Below, one piece after another: positions 48,419 to 59,251 of a stretch of 64,000 nucleotides of DNA. The position numbers and the translations under genes are program-made. Each line of letters begins with the position of its first letter. Position 1 is the stretch's first letter. The stretch is from IMG/VR virus record IMGVR_UViG_3300050343_000270, positions 32,001 to 96,000 of that record. One strand, 5' to 3'. The stretch comes from a virus. A model generated the notes under the pieces. It saw nothing but the letters and a program-made list of their open reading frames with translations, was not told where the DNA came from and did no database searches.

Positions 48419-49393
48419 ATGATTTTCGAAGAACAAGTATCAAGGAAGCCGAATTATTACCCGTGGGCAGAAGAATTTATTGAAGTCATGCATAATGGCT
48501 TTTGGACAGATAAAGAGTTTAGCTTCTCTTCTGATGTTCAAGACTTCAACACCACGATGGACGATCAACAAAGAGAGATTATTATTAGAACTCTTTCTGC
48601 CATTGGTCAAATCGAAGTCGCCGTCAAGAAATTTTGGGCGAAACTAGGAGACAACTTACCACACCCATCTCTTACAGATCTGGGCTATGTTATGGCTAAC
48701 GTAGAGGTAATCCACAATAACGCTTACGAGAGACTACTTAAAGTTCTTGGTCTTGAGGATGTATTTGAAGAAAACCTCAAGCTTGATTTTATCGAGGGGC
48801 GGGTTAACTATCTGCGAAAGTATAATCACAGATATTACAAAGACAGCAAGAAGCAGTATGTTTATTCTTTAATACTATTTACTCTTTTTGTTGAGAACGT
48901 ATCTCTAATGAGCCAGTTTTATATTATCAATTGGTTTTCAAGAAACAAGAATGTCTTAAAAGATACAGAACAGCAGGTTCGTTACACAAGGAACGAGGAG
49001 AATATCCACGCTCAGGTTGGTATCAAGATCATCAACACTATTAAAGAAGAGCATCCAGAGCTTTTTGATAAAGAGTTGGAAGATAGAATCATGCATGAAG
49101 CGGAACAAGCTTATTTTGCCGAATCTAAAATCATAGACTGGATGGTCAATGGTATTGATGAGCAAGGACTGAGTGCGCCTCTTCTCAAAGAATTCATTAA
49201 AGAGCGTATAAACGACTCTTTACAACAAATTTCATTTCCTAAAGCATTTGATGTTGACAATAATATCATTCAAGATACAATGTGGTTCGAAGAGGAGTTA
49301 ATGGGAAACAATTCAACAGACTTTTTCCATTCTCGACCTGTAGAATATTCAAAAAAATCACAAACATTTGACCTAGACAGCGTATTTGCATGA
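48419..49393 (+). CDS. nrdB: Ribonucleotide reductase class I beta subunit
   Basis: EVIH, VENVSL, EENIH di-metal ligands; TDFF; start at MIFEE. Confidence 0.92.
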   Translation: MIFEEQVSRKPNYYPWAEEFIEVMHNGFWTDKEFSFSSDVQDFNTTMDDQQREIIIRTLSAIGQIEVAVKKFWAKLGDNLPHPSLTDLGYVMANVEVIHNNAYERLLKVLGLEDVFEENLKLDFIEGRVNYLRKYNHRYYKDSKKQYVYSLILFTLFVENVSLMSQFYIINWFSRNKNVLKDTEQQVRYTRNEENIHAQVGIKIINTIKEEHPELFDKELEDRIMHEAEQAYFAESKIIDWMVNGIDEQGLSAPLLKEFIKERINDSLQQISFPKAFDVDNNIIQDTMWFEEELMGNNSTDFFHSRPVEYSKKSQTFDLDSVFA

Positions 49394-51060
49394 AAAAATA
49401 TTATTGGAACAACAACATATCAAAACAAATCTTAGACAGAGGGTATCTTGAAGGCGAAAGCTTACAGGAGAGAATACTCAGTGTCGGGGAATCTTTTCAG
49501 AAAGACTTTACATCCCGCGCACCCGATAAACATAAGGAAAAGTTTGGTGATTTATGTCAAAAGTTTGAACATTACATGTCTCTTGGTTTTTACTCGCTTT
49601 CTAGCCCTGTTTGGGCTAACTATGGAAGAGCAAGAGGTTTACCTGTTTCTTGTAACGGCGTTTTTGTCCCCGATACAATGGAGGGCATCCTAACGAAACA
49701 ATCAGAGGTCGGTATCCAAACTAAAAATGGAGCAGGAACTTCTGGTTACTTCGGTGATCTTCGCTCTAGAGGTTCATCTATTAGCACTGGAGGCACTTCT
49801 ACAGGATCTGTTCATTTTATGGAGTTGTTTGACAAAGTTACTTCTGTAGTTTCCCAAAGCAGTGTCCGACGAGGATCTTTTGCCGCCTATCTGCCTGTTG
49901 AACACCCCGACGTAGAAGAGTTTTTGCGCATCAGATCTGACGGTCACCCTATTCAGGACTTATCGTTTGCGGTCACCATCACAGACAAATGGATGGAAGA
50001 CATGCAAAATGGAGATATTAGCAAGCGTAAAATTTGGGCTAAGATTGTTCAGAAGAAATTTGAGTCTGGATACCCATATCTTTTCTTCCAAGACACGGCA
50101 AATAAGAATGCGCCCGATGCTTACAAGGATAAGGATATGAAGATATATGCTTCTAACCTGTGTAATGAAATTTCTCTACCCTCCTCTCCAGAAGAGTCGT
50201 TTGTTTGTTGTCTTTCTTCTCTTAATCTGGAGAGGTGGGATGAGATAAAAGAGACCGACGCTGTCGAAACGATGGTTTACTTCCTTGACTCTGTTATGGA
50301 AGAATATATTAACAAAACCAAAGATTTGCCATATATGGAAGCCGACCACAGATTTGCTCGTCGTCACAGGGCTTTAGGAATGGGCGTTCTCGGTTGGCAT
50401 TCTTACCTTCAAAGCAACATGATTGCCTTTGAAAGCATGGAAGCTAAATTAAAAAATTCAGAAATATTTAAAACAATCAGGGAGAAAGCAGACAAAGCGA
50501 CAAAGGAACTGGCTGATATTTTTGGAGAACCAGAAGTTCTTGAAGGTTATGGTCGTAGAAATACAACCACTATGGCTGTCGCTCCAACAACCACAAGCTC
50601 GCTTATATTGGGGCAGGTTTCTCAAGGCATTGAACCCACGGTTAATTACTATACAAAGAACTCAGCCAAGGGTAAATTTACAATTAGAAGCCCACACTTG
50701 GAGTCATTATTGGAGTCTAAGGGTAAAAACACGCAAGCTATTTGGAAATCAATATTACATAATGATGGTTCTGTTAAACATTTAGACTTTCTTAGCGATC
50801 ACGAGAAAGATGTGTTCAAGACTTTCGGTGAAATTTCACAAAAAGAAATTGTAATTCAAGCTTCTCAACGTCAAAAGTATATTGACCAAGGTCAGTCTTT
50901 AAATCTCATGATTCACCCCAAGGCTTCACCAAAAGAAGTTAGCGAATTAATGATCCTTGGGTGGGAAATGGGGTTGAAGGGTTTTTACTATCAGCGAAGC
51001 ATGAATCCTAGTCAAGAACTGGCGAGGTCTATCATGAACTGCTCTTCTTGTGAGGGTTAG
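49390..51060 (+). CDS. nrdA: Ribonucleotide reductase class I alpha subunit (no ATP cone)
   Basis: SNLCNEI, VCCLSSLNL, APTTTSS, YYQR, C-terminal CSSCEG. Confidence 0.95.
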   Translation: MKKYYWNNNISKQILDRGYLEGESLQERILSVGESFQKDFTSRAPDKHKEKFGDLCQKFEHYMSLGFYSLSSPVWANYGRARGLPVSCNGVFVPDTMEGILTKQSEVGIQTKNGAGTSGYFGDLRSRGSSISTGGTSTGSVHFMELFDKVTSVVSQSSVRRGSFAAYLPVEHPDVEEFLRIRSDGHPIQDLSFAVTITDKWMEDMQNGDISKRKIWAKIVQKKFESGYPYLFFQDTANKNAPDAYKDKDMKIYASNLCNEISLPSSPEESFVCCLSSLNLERWDEIKETDAVETMVYFLDSVMEEYINKTKDLPYMEADHRFARRHRALGMGVLGWHSYLQSNMIAFESMEAKLKNSEIFKTIREKADKATKELADIFGEPEVLEGYGRRNTTTMAVAPTTTSSLILGQVSQGIEPTVNYYTKNSAKGKFTIRSPHLESLLESKGKNTQAIWKSILHNDGSVKHLDFLSDHEKDVFKTFGEISQKEIVIQASQRQKYIDQGQSLNLMIHPKASPKEVSELMILGWEMGLKGFYYQRSMNPSQELARSIMNCSSCEG

Positions 51061-51257
51061 TTAATTAAGTGCAAAGTAATTATCTTACTTAAAAATTAGA
51101 CAATCATCACATTCTATGCTAATATAGTGTGTGATGATTTTTTTTACGTCAGGTATCATTGCGAGCTTCTTTCTGGAGACACCTTAAAGCACTTAACAGA
51201 TTCTACAACGCCATTTTCTTTTTACGATCCACAAAAAATTTACGCACAACATATAGG

Positions 51258-52121
51258 ATGAAACTTTGGCTAACAGGAATGACTAACGCTGGCAACGGCA
51301 ATCACTTAAAGGAACTCATTGAGCCTATCAAGAAATACTTTGATGGGATGGTGTGGGTTTATCACACCGATCCCTTTGAACAGTCTAAGAACAAAGACTT
51401 GGAAGACGAAGGATATCAATACCTATCTGAGAACTGTGAAGACAATGAGTTAATATGTGTCCCTTGGTGCAATCGAACAGACTTCAGCCGAAACATTGGT
51501 CTTTATCACGGTCCAATAAAATACGGCGACTGGTTTATGACAATTGACACTCTAGAGCGTATGCATTTGGATTTTGCCGAACAACTACCTGATCTTGTTA
51601 AACGCTTCGATGAAAATCTTATTGATGGAGTATTTTGCCGCAACAAACATTTCCTTTTTAAATTCAACGAGCGCACAGCTTACGTTCAAAACCCTCATAG
51701 TGGGGTTTCTGGTATTACTAACAGTCTTGAAATATCTTCACTTCCTTTTTGGAAAGACGAGTATTGGCAAAATGTACGCCACCTTCACCGCGACAAACAT
51801 GAATTTGTTGACCACAATTTAAAATATTATTTATTCCCCAACACTAACCACCTTATCTTAAAGTGTGAACATGACCGCGATTTTATCAATAGAAGATATA
51901 CCATTAGAAAAAAGTTTTTTGATGAGTTGGCTAAGATAGAATTAGATATTCAAGATTTTGAAGCTGTAAAAAATTACATCATTACTGGTGATTTGACAGA
52001 TGTTGTCAAACAATGTATACGCGAAGAGAAATATCTAAATGATGTTTACCGATTCTACAAAGTTGGAGATAAAGATATTGATGATGATTTTGATTTTAAT
52101 AACTTAGTGCCAGTAGGATGA
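51258..52121 (+). CDS. Putative GT2-like glycosyltransferase
   Basis: W...DFSRNIGL...DWFMTIDTLE pattern; start at MKLW. Confidence 0.5.
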   Translation: MKLWLTGMTNAGNGNHLKELIEPIKKYFDGMVWVYHTDPFEQSKNKDLEDEGYQYLSENCEDNELICVPWCNRTDFSRNIGLYHGPIKYGDWFMTIDTLERMHLDFAEQLPDLVKRFDENLIDGVFCRNKHFLFKFNERTAYVQNPHSGVSGITNSLEISSLPFWKDEYWQNVRHLHRDKHEFVDHNLKYYLFPNTNHLILKCEHDRDFINRRYTIRKKFFDELAKIELDIQDFEAVKNYIITGDLTDVVKQCIREEKYLNDVYRFYKVGDKDIDDDFDFNNLVPVG

Positions 52122-53026
52122 TTTTATCGGATGAACAGAGGATATCCTACTACCTAGGACATCAAAATTTAAACTTCAAAGAAGAACCTTTTGACTTCTC
52201 GCCTCACGAATTGTTTGACCATCCATTTTGTGTTGATGCTCGAAATAAACAATGCCTGTCTAGAGCGCACTATGACCCTGACATAATAAAATACGTCAGT
52301 CTAAACAACCTAGAAAAGCTTTGGTTTTGCTGTGGAGATAAACCTTATACTGGAGTCAACTACCCTGTTCTAGTTAAAACTCGCGACACTTTCAATAAAT
52401 TAAGTAAGGGAGTTATTGCTAACTTAAATAGCGGTAGACACTGGAATTTAGATCTTTCTCAAGACATTGACTGGCATGATAAAAAAAACGAAGTTTTCTG
52501 GAGGGGCGCGGACACAGGACACAATATTCATTGCAATGACCGCATAGGTTTTGTTTCTAAATACTTTTCAGAACACGATGTTGCATTTTCCGACTATTCT
52601 CAAAACTACAAGTCTGCACCATACCTGTATAAAAATGAATGGCTAAAGGGATTTTGCACAAGGCAGGACTTTTTAAAGAGAAAGTTTTTGCCAATTCTCG
52701 ACGGCAACGATAAGTCCTCTTCTCTTAATTGGATACTAGCTTCTAACTCTGTCCCCATAATGCCCAAGCCTAGATTTCACTCTTGGCTTTGCGAAGATTT
52801 CCTAGAAGACGGGGTTCACTATATAGAGGTTCAACCAGACTTCTCTGATCTTAATATTGTTTTAGATTGGTGTCGCGAAAACGACGAAGAATGCGAATCT
52901 ATTGCAAAAAACGGTGCTAAGTTTATTTCAGAAAACTTTACTAATCAAGAAACAGAAACTCGCATAATTAAATCTTTACTTGAATTTATTCGTTCTGGTT
53001 TGTATGATATTAAAAACAAGGGATAA
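52118..53026 (+). CDS. GT90 (CAP10/LpsA-like) glycosyltransferase
   Basis: VFWRGADTG, LDGNDKSSSLNWILASNSV, HYIEVQPDFSDL. Confidence 0.8.
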   Translation: MILSDEQRISYYLGHQNLNFKEEPFDFSPHELFDHPFCVDARNKQCLSRAHYDPDIIKYVSLNNLEKLWFCCGDKPYTGVNYPVLVKTRDTFNKLSKGVIANLNSGRHWNLDLSQDIDWHDKKNEVFWRGADTGHNIHCNDRIGFVSKYFSEHDVAFSDYSQNYKSAPYLYKNEWLKGFCTRQDFLKRKFLPILDGNDKSSSLNWILASNSVPIMPKPRFHSWLCEDFLEDGVHYIEVQPDFSDLNIVLDWCRENDEECESIAKNGAKFISENFTNQETETRIIKSLLEFIRSGLYDIKNKG

Positions 53027-54066
53027 TGAAAAAAGTAATAATCACAGGGGTAACAGGTCAAGATGGAAGCCATATGGTTGACTATTTGTTAGCAAATACG
53101 GACATCGATATTATTGCTGGCGTCCGCCGACTCTCAGTTAAAAACCATGAGAATATAAAACACTTGGTTAATAACGACCGCTTTAAACTGATTGACCTAG
53201 ACATTACAGATCAATCCAATGTTGATCGTGTTATCTCGGATGAGAAACCCGATTACTTTATCAACTTTGCGGCAAACTCTTTTGTTGGTGTTAGCTGGGA
53301 CATGCCAGAAAACCACATGAATACAAACTGCATGGCAGTCCTGTATCAGCTTGAGGCTATTCGCAAGCACTGTCCAGAGTGTAGGTATTACAATGCTGGC
53401 TCGTCCGAGGAGTTTGGAGACGTTGCATTCTCTCCGCAAGACGAGACTCACCCTCTGCGACCAAGAAGCCCATACGGAGCTTCTAAGGCTTCCGCAAGGC
53501 ATCTGGTAAAGGTGTGGCGGGAAAGTTACAATTTATACGCCATCCAAGGATGGTTATTCAATCACGAGGGAACAAGGAGGGGCGAGGAGTTTCTTACTCG
53601 CAAAGTGACTAAAGGCGTGGCTAACATTATAAAAGAGATCAGGGAGGGTAAAGAAATCACGCCATTGCAACTTGGTAATCTAGATGCAAAACGAGACTGG
53701 TCGGACGCTGAAGATTTCGTTGACGGCATTTGGAAGATGTTACATCAAACAGCAAACTCTTATGAAGATTTAAGTGAATACGTTCTAGCATCTGGTGAGA
53801 CATATTCCATTCGGGATTTTGTTGAAGCGGCTTTTGGCTTTGCTGGTTTCGGCGCTGAAAAGTGTCGTTGGGAGGGTCAAGGTCTGGATCAAAAATACAT
53901 TCACGGAGATCAGGTGCTTGTAACAATCAATCCAAAATACTATCGACCAGCAGAAGTTTCATTATTGCTGGGTGATCCCACAAGAGCAGAAGAAGAGCTT
54001 AAATGGGTTAGAAAAACAGACTTTTATGGTCTTGTCATAAAAATGCTTAATAAAGACTTATCATGA
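53026..54066 (+). CDS. gmd: GDP-mannose 4,6-dehydratase
   Basis: ITGVTGQDGS, SPYGASK, LFNHE, GNLDAKRDW, YYRPAEV. Confidence 0.95.
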   Translation: MKKVIITGVTGQDGSHMVDYLLANTDIDIIAGVRRLSVKNHENIKHLVNNDRFKLIDLDITDQSNVDRVISDEKPDYFINFAANSFVGVSWDMPENHMNTNCMAVLYQLEAIRKHCPECRYYNAGSSEEFGDVAFSPQDETHPLRPRSPYGASKASARHLVKVWRESYNLYAIQGWLFNHEGTRRGEEFLTRKVTKGVANIIKEIREGKEITPLQLGNLDAKRDWSDAEDFVDGIWKMLHQTANSYEDLSEYVLASGETYSIRDFVEAAFGFAGFGAEKCRWEGQGLDQKYIHGDQVLVTINPKYYRPAEVSLLLGDPTRAEEELKWVRKTDFYGLVIKMLNKDLS

Positions 54067-54332
54067 AAACAATACTAATTTTGCCTTTATTTTTGTTAGT
54101 TTCTTGTGCAAGCACTAAATTTTATCAAGATGGAAAGCTGATTGCTAAATTTAATGCAGATATGGATCAAGTTCAGTATATACAAGGCGCTGATGGATCA
54201 ATAACATGGACAGCAATATCTGTTGATCACTCAACTGCAACCAAGGCGCAGGGCGAAGCCTTTTCTAATAAAACAACGGCTATTGGATCTGCTGTCGCGG
54301 CATCAGGAGTGGTTGGTATACTTTTGAGATAA
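54063..54332 (+). CDS. Small lipoprotein
   Basis: Signal peptide with lipobox LVSC. Confidence 0.7.
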   Translation: MKTILILPLFLLVSCASTKFYQDGKLIAKFNADMDQVQYIQGADGSITWTAISVDHSTATKAQGEAFSNKTTAIGSAVAASGVVGILLR

Positions 54333-54385
54333 AGTAAACAAACCCCTCTTAACAGAGAACAGGTTTTTAAATTTGCAAAAACATG

Positions 54386-54414
54386 TTGACAAATTTTTCA
54401 ATTTGGCACATAAT
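54386..54414 (+). promoter_or_regulatory. sigma70-like promoter of replication block
   Basis: TTGACA-17-CATAAT. Confidence 0.75.
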
Positions 54415-54422
54415 ACTTATGT

Positions 54423-54881
54423 ATGCCAAGAGGTCAAAAAGAATGTCCCAAATGCAAGCGGTTGATTGGTGCTAGATCCTCAACCTGCAAGCATTGCGGA
54501 GAGGTTATAAAAGCCGCCAAACCCAGAAAAAAAGCGAACCCTTTCTATAGAGAGCGTTTGGCTTTTATTCGTCGAATGCTTGGTGGAGAAAAATCAACTA
54601 ATTTCCGCCTAGATATAACCATTGCAACAAACATATTTACTTTGTTTGACAATGATATTGATTTCTTGTCAAAGGTTAAACCGCCATTTAAATTCTCTGG
54701 CGGCATAACTTACCTACGCTCCAAAGCGGGTAGAGATTATTTAACCAAAAAGCATAGAGAATTTTATTACAATCCAGAAAACAAAGAAATATTTGTGGAA
54801 GGTTCGGATAAAATCGGAGAAGATATAGTAAAGCCTAGAATTAGATCAATTAGAAAATTTTTAAATGAGCGTGAAAACTAA
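54423..54881 (+). CDS. Zinc-ribbon hypothetical protein
   Basis: CPKC...CKHC. Confidence 0.7.
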   Translation: MPRGQKECPKCKRLIGARSSTCKHCGEVIKAAKPRKKANPFYRERLAFIRRMLGGEKSTNFRLDITIATNIFTLFDNDIDFLSKVKPPFKFSGGITYLRSKAGRDYLTKKHREFYYNPENKEIFVEGSDKIGEDIVKPRIRSIRKFLNEREN

Positions 54882-56004
54882 AAAACAAGAAAAGACAAAA
54901 GTAGATGTTCGTGATTTCGCAAGTGGATTCATGAAGAGTAATAAAGAACACCATTTGAACTTTGAAGAATCCATTGCAGAGGATGACTTCATTTCCAGTG
55001 GTTCTATGATTATGGATTCAGAAATTGGCGGCGGATTCCTCGCTGGCTTACTTCGTTTCTGTGGCGGTAATGAGTGCGGTAAAACAAGTGAAGCATTACA
55101 AGTTATGTATGAAATGCTTAATACTCAAGAAAATTCAAGAGGTTTATTTATTCAAGCCGAAGGTAGACTTGGTAAAAAAATGAAGGCTCGATCTGGAGTT
55201 AAGTTTGTTTATGATATAGCAGAATGGGTTGACGGCACATGTTTTGTTCTACAATCAAACATTTACGATTTTGTTTTTGATTTCATTCGCGGAATAATGT
55301 CAAACAACCCAAATAAAACTCGGTTTTGTATGATTATCGACAGCATGGATAGTTTAATCCCGAAAGATGATGCTAAGAAAAGCACAAGTGAGGCTAACAA
55401 GGTCGCTGGAGGAGCGTTACTGTCTTCCGATTTTCTTCGTCGTGTTAGCTTGGGTATGGGTAAGTTCGGTCATCTTTGCATCTTGATTTCTCAAGTCCGT
55501 TCGACCATTAAGGGTCAATACGAAAGCCTTGATCCGAACAGCACTACCAGTGCTTCAGGCGCTCATGCTCTATCTCATTACCCTAATTGGGTTTTTGAAT
55601 TTGAGCGTCAGTTCCAAAAAGATAAAATTCTTGAGAAACCAGATCAACAAATGAGCGACACCAATAAAGGTATTGGACATTACGTTAAAGCGAGAGTAAG
55701 AAAGTCTGACAATGAAACCACGGGTCGCTTAATTAAGTATCCAATAAAATATGGACGTAATGGAGGCAAGAGTGTCTGGATTGAGCGTGAGATTGTAGAC
55801 CTACTTCTTTCTTGGGGTTTCTTTTCTAAGAGCGGATCTTGGTTTGCTGTTGAAGAAGAGCTTTCTGAATACATTAAATCGGGCGGCTTTGAATTTCCAG
55901 ATAAGATTCAAGGAATGAATAAGATATATACCATCCTAGAGGATAGTGAAAAATTGACTTTGCATTTGCGCAAGTTTGTTGAAAAAAATATCTTAAGTGC
56001 ATGA
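54865..56004 (+). CDS. recA: RecA/UvsX-like recombinase
   Basis: GGNECGKT, IIDSMDSL, ISQVR, SGAHALSHY, KSGSWF. Confidence 0.88.
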   Translation: MSVKTKKQEKTKVDVRDFASGFMKSNKEHHLNFEESIAEDDFISSGSMIMDSEIGGGFLAGLLRFCGGNECGKTSEALQVMYEMLNTQENSRGLFIQAEGRLGKKMKARSGVKFVYDIAEWVDGTCFVLQSNIYDFVFDFIRGIMSNNPNKTRFCMIIDSMDSLIPKDDAKKSTSEANKVAGGALLSSDFLRRVSLGMGKFGHLCILISQVRSTIKGQYESLDPNSTTSASGAHALSHYPNWVFEFERQFQKDKILEKPDQQMSDTNKGIGHYVKARVRKSDNETTGRLIKYPIKYGRNGGKSVWIEREIVDLLLSWGFFSKSGSWFAVEEELSEYIKSGGFEFPDKIQGMNKIYTILEDSEKLTLHLRKFVEKNILSA

Positions 56005-56408
56005 TTTTTTACACATCATACGGTGCTAAAAAAAAGCTACCTAGCTCTCATAAATATAAAATTGATTGGGAGTTGGGTAGCAGAAGCAAGCTACAGAAGA
56101 GTGTAAAAGATTTATTACAACCTCATTGGTTTTGTGACATGGTCTTCGAGGAACTGCCTGTTGTTGGCACTAGAATGACTATAGATTTTTATAATGCTTC
56201 TAGGAAGATTGCTCTTGAAGTTGACGGAGAGCAACATTATAAATACAACAAACATTTTCATGGTAAATCCAAGCAAAATTATTTAAAGCAACTGTGCAGG
56301 GATAACGAGAAAGAAGTTTATTGTGAAAAAAACAACATCACCATGATTAGAGTCTTGCAATGTGATTCAATATCGACAGAATTACTTAAAGAATTAGGAG
56401 CAATATGA
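56001..56408 (+). CDS. DUF559/Vsr-like endonuclease
   Basis: IDFY...ALEVDGEQHY...RD..K. Confidence 0.75.
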   Translation: MIFYTSYGAKKKLPSSHKYKIDWELGSRSKLQKSVKDLLQPHWFCDMVFEELPVVGTRMTIDFYNASRKIALEVDGEQHYKYNKHFHGKSKQNYLKQLCRDNEKEVYCEKNNITMIRVLQCDSISTELLKELGAI

Positions 56409-56629
56409 CAGGAGAAATAATAGAAGAAGAAGAACTCAAAATACCAGTTTCAATCATAAGCAAACTTTATGATTCAACAGGCTCTGAAGATGGGGCGAAC
56501 AAAGGTTATTTTTTATTTTATATAAATGAAGATGGTCAACCGACTTTGACAAGCAGAATGTCTAATGCATGTGTTAAAATAGCTTTAGAAAAAACAATAC
56601 AAATATACTCCGAACAAACAGCAGAATGA
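56405..56629 (+). CDS. Hypothetical protein
   Basis: 74 aa, ATGA-coupled on both sides. Confidence 0.65.
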   Translation: MTGEIIEEEELKIPVSIISKLYDSTGSEDGANKGYFLFYINEDGQPTLTSRMSNACVKIALEKTIQIYSEQTAE

Positions 56630-58188
56630 TTTACTCCTTTGACATAGAAAAGAAAGTCCTAAGTGGATTACTACAGCATCAGCACAAGTGGGAAGAAATA
56701 GCCTCACTTATTACAGATGATGACTTTTATAGTGAAGACTCTAAAGTTAACATCTCTATATTCAAGTTGATCCGAGCATCTCTCAATAAAGGTGAGGCAA
56801 TTGACGATACGATTCTCATTGAAAAAATGAAAGGTCTCAGCGTTAGTTTTCCAGATAATATTGAAATTAGTGAATTCATTCACTCTCTCGCTTACTTTAA
56901 AATAACAGAAGATGTATTTCTAACCTGTGTTGCAGAACTCAAGAAAAAGTCGCTCTGCCGAACAATTTACGACTCATGTTCTAAAACAGCAAAGTTTGTG
57001 AAAAAGGTAGACCCTACAATGGGCTATCAAGATATTCTTGATAAAGCCGATAATATCTACAACAAAGATCTTCAAAACTTTGAAGCGGGCAACTCTAATG
57101 TTGTTGATCTTTTTGAAATCATGGAAGACATGATTGAGGAGCGCGGAAACAACCCTCAAGAAGAATTTGGCTTAACAGGTCCACATAGGCGTATCAATGA
57201 AATTTATGGACCTATTTTGCGAGCAGGTAACATTACTGTTATTGTAGCTAGATCTGGTCAAGGTAAGACCAGTTTAGCTTTAGACTATTGCACCCGAACA
57301 GGTGCGGAGCATGGAGTTCCAGTGGTTCATTTCGATAATGGGGAAATGAGCGAAGAGGAACTTATTATGCGCCAATGTTCTGCAATGAGTGGTGTCCCTA
57401 TGTGGCTTCTTGAGACTGGAAAATGGCGAACTACTGGTTATAACAACTGGAGTGCAGAAGATGTTGTCAGAAAGGTTCGTGAAACATTCAAAAAAATCAA
57501 AGAAGGTCATGGCATGAAGCTTTATTATGTGAATGTTGCTGGAATGGATGCTGACGAAATGTGTTCTCAACTCAAGCGTATTTATTATTCTAAGATCGGT
57601 CGAGGTAACGAGATGATCTTCAGTTTCGACTACATCAAGACAGATTTTGCCAACATGGGTAAAAATGATGGTTGGGCGCAAGTGGCTTATATGGTTCACA
57701 AGTTCAAGCAAACTATTCATCGTGACCTGTGTTTTGACGGCGAGCCTTGTGTGTCAATGCTTACATCTGTTCAATCAAACCGACTTGGCATAACAACCAA
57801 CCGTGGCGTAGAGAGTATTGTCGATGACGAAAGTGTTGTCTCTCTGTCTGATGCAATTACTCATTTTTGTTCTTGGCTTTTCCTTTTAAGACAGAAGGTT
57901 GTAGATGAAATCACTGAGGATGGAGAGCAATTTGGGACTCATAAGCTTGTTCCTTTGAAGGCTCGACATTTAGGTAAGGATGCTTTGCGTCACATAAATC
58001 CTGTAAATATGCCAGACGGGACAAGTAAACGTAATTTCATCAACCTTAAAATTAACAACTTCGCGGTTGAGGAATGTGGAGATCTACAAGATATAGCTAA
58101 TTTCCGCAATGGCGTATCTCTTGAACCAAACTCAACCACTCCAGAAGAGGACACAAGTCTACCAGAAATACTGCGCGGCGATGCATAA
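56626..58188 (+). CDS. dnaB: DnaB-like replicative helicase
   Basis: ARSGQGKT, NGEMS, FDYIK, QSNR. Confidence 0.9.
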   Translation: MIYSFDIEKKVLSGLLQHQHKWEEIASLITDDDFYSEDSKVNISIFKLIRASLNKGEAIDDTILIEKMKGLSVSFPDNIEISEFIHSLAYFKITEDVFLTCVAELKKKSLCRTIYDSCSKTAKFVKKVDPTMGYQDILDKADNIYNKDLQNFEAGNSNVVDLFEIMEDMIEERGNNPQEEFGLTGPHRRINEIYGPILRAGNITVIVARSGQGKTSLALDYCTRTGAEHGVPVVHFDNGEMSEEELIMRQCSAMSGVPMWLLETGKWRTTGYNNWSAEDVVRKVRETFKKIKEGHGMKLYYVNVAGMDADEMCSQLKRIYYSKIGRGNEMIFSFDYIKTDFANMGKNDGWAQVAYMVHKFKQTIHRDLCFDGEPCVSMLTSVQSNRLGITTNRGVESIVDDESVVSLSDAITHFCSWLFLLRQKVVDEITEDGEQFGTHKLVPLKARHLGKDALRHINPVNMPDGTSKRNFINLKINNFAVEECGDLQDIANFRNGVSLEPNSTTPEEDTSLPEILRGDA

Positions 58189-59251
58189 CATACAAGAAAT
58201 ACTTCAAAACCTTGGATACAAACTCAAAGACTGTGGCGCTTATTGGCAGACAAACGCTCTTTATAGAGGGGGAGACAATCCAACAGCACTTCAAATCTAC
58301 AAAGATAGTGGAGTATGGAAGGACTTTGTTGAAGACACAATGTATTTACCCATCGATGCTCTAATAGAACAAACTATAGGCTGTAAAGATTCTGTTGAAG
58401 TTAAGAAGTATTTAAGCAACGCGAGGAATTTAATCAATAAAACTCATCAACCCAAGAAACATCTTTTGAACGAAGAAAAAAGCTATTCAATCACTTGCTT
58501 GCAAAAACTTTTGCCGCAATACGATTTATACCAAAAAATAAATCCAAAGATATCAGAAAAAACTCTTAAAATATTTAAGAGTGGGCTGGCTACTTCTGGA
58601 AAAATGTATCGTCGGTTTGTATTCCCCATCGTTAGATCTGATGGAAGGGTTCATGGATTTTCTGGTCGAAAGGCTGTGGACTTTGATGCCCCAAAATGGA
58701 TTCATATGGGTAAGAAAAACACTTGGTTTTATCCTTACCATCTTGATAGATCTATTCCATCTTCTATAGAATCAAGTAAGTCAGTTCATATTGTAGAATC
58801 TATTGGCGATTGCCTTTCTTTATATCAAGAGGGGATTCACAACAGCCTTGTTTCTTTCGGCGTTAGCCTATCTCCTAAATTTGTTTCTCGTCTATCAACA
58901 CTTGGGTTAGAGAGGATTTACATTTCTTTTAACAACGACTTTGATAGCGAAAAGAATGCGGGATTTGAAGGTGCTATAAAATCTATTTTCAAACTTCTTG
59001 AGTCTGTAGATTTTGAAATGATTTTCTTTGTCCCCCCTCACGAAAATGATTTTGGAGAAATGAGTTCGGAGGATATAAAATTATACAAGACTAGGTGTGA
59101 ATCTCATGATCACAAGTCCTCTTGTGAGGCTGTAATATCAATTGCTCAAAATATGCACAATGCCTATGCTAAGAAGCGGCAGGGTGGAAACAAGGCTTTT
59201 GCCAAGAGTTTGGCTAAGTTCAAAAAACTATATAAATTTCATTATGACTAA
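58181..59251 (+). CDS. DNA primase (Toprim)
   Basis: RFVFPI...GFSGR, PKW, IVESIGD, FNND; start at MHNI. Confidence 0.85.
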   Translation: MHNIQEILQNLGYKLKDCGAYWQTNALYRGGDNPTALQIYKDSGVWKDFVEDTMYLPIDALIEQTIGCKDSVEVKKYLSNARNLINKTHQPKKHLLNEEKSYSITCLQKLLPQYDLYQKINPKISEKTLKIFKSGLATSGKMYRRFVFPIVRSDGRVHGFSGRKAVDFDAPKWIHMGKKNTWFYPYHLDRSIPSSIESSKSVHIVESIGDCLSLYQEGIHNSLVSFGVSLSPKFVSRLSTLGLERIYISFNNDFDSEKNAGFEGAIKSIFKLLESVDFEMIFFVPPHENDFGEMSSEDIKLYKTRCESHDHKSSCEAVISIAQNMHNAYAKKRQGGNKAFAKSLAKFKKLYKFHYD

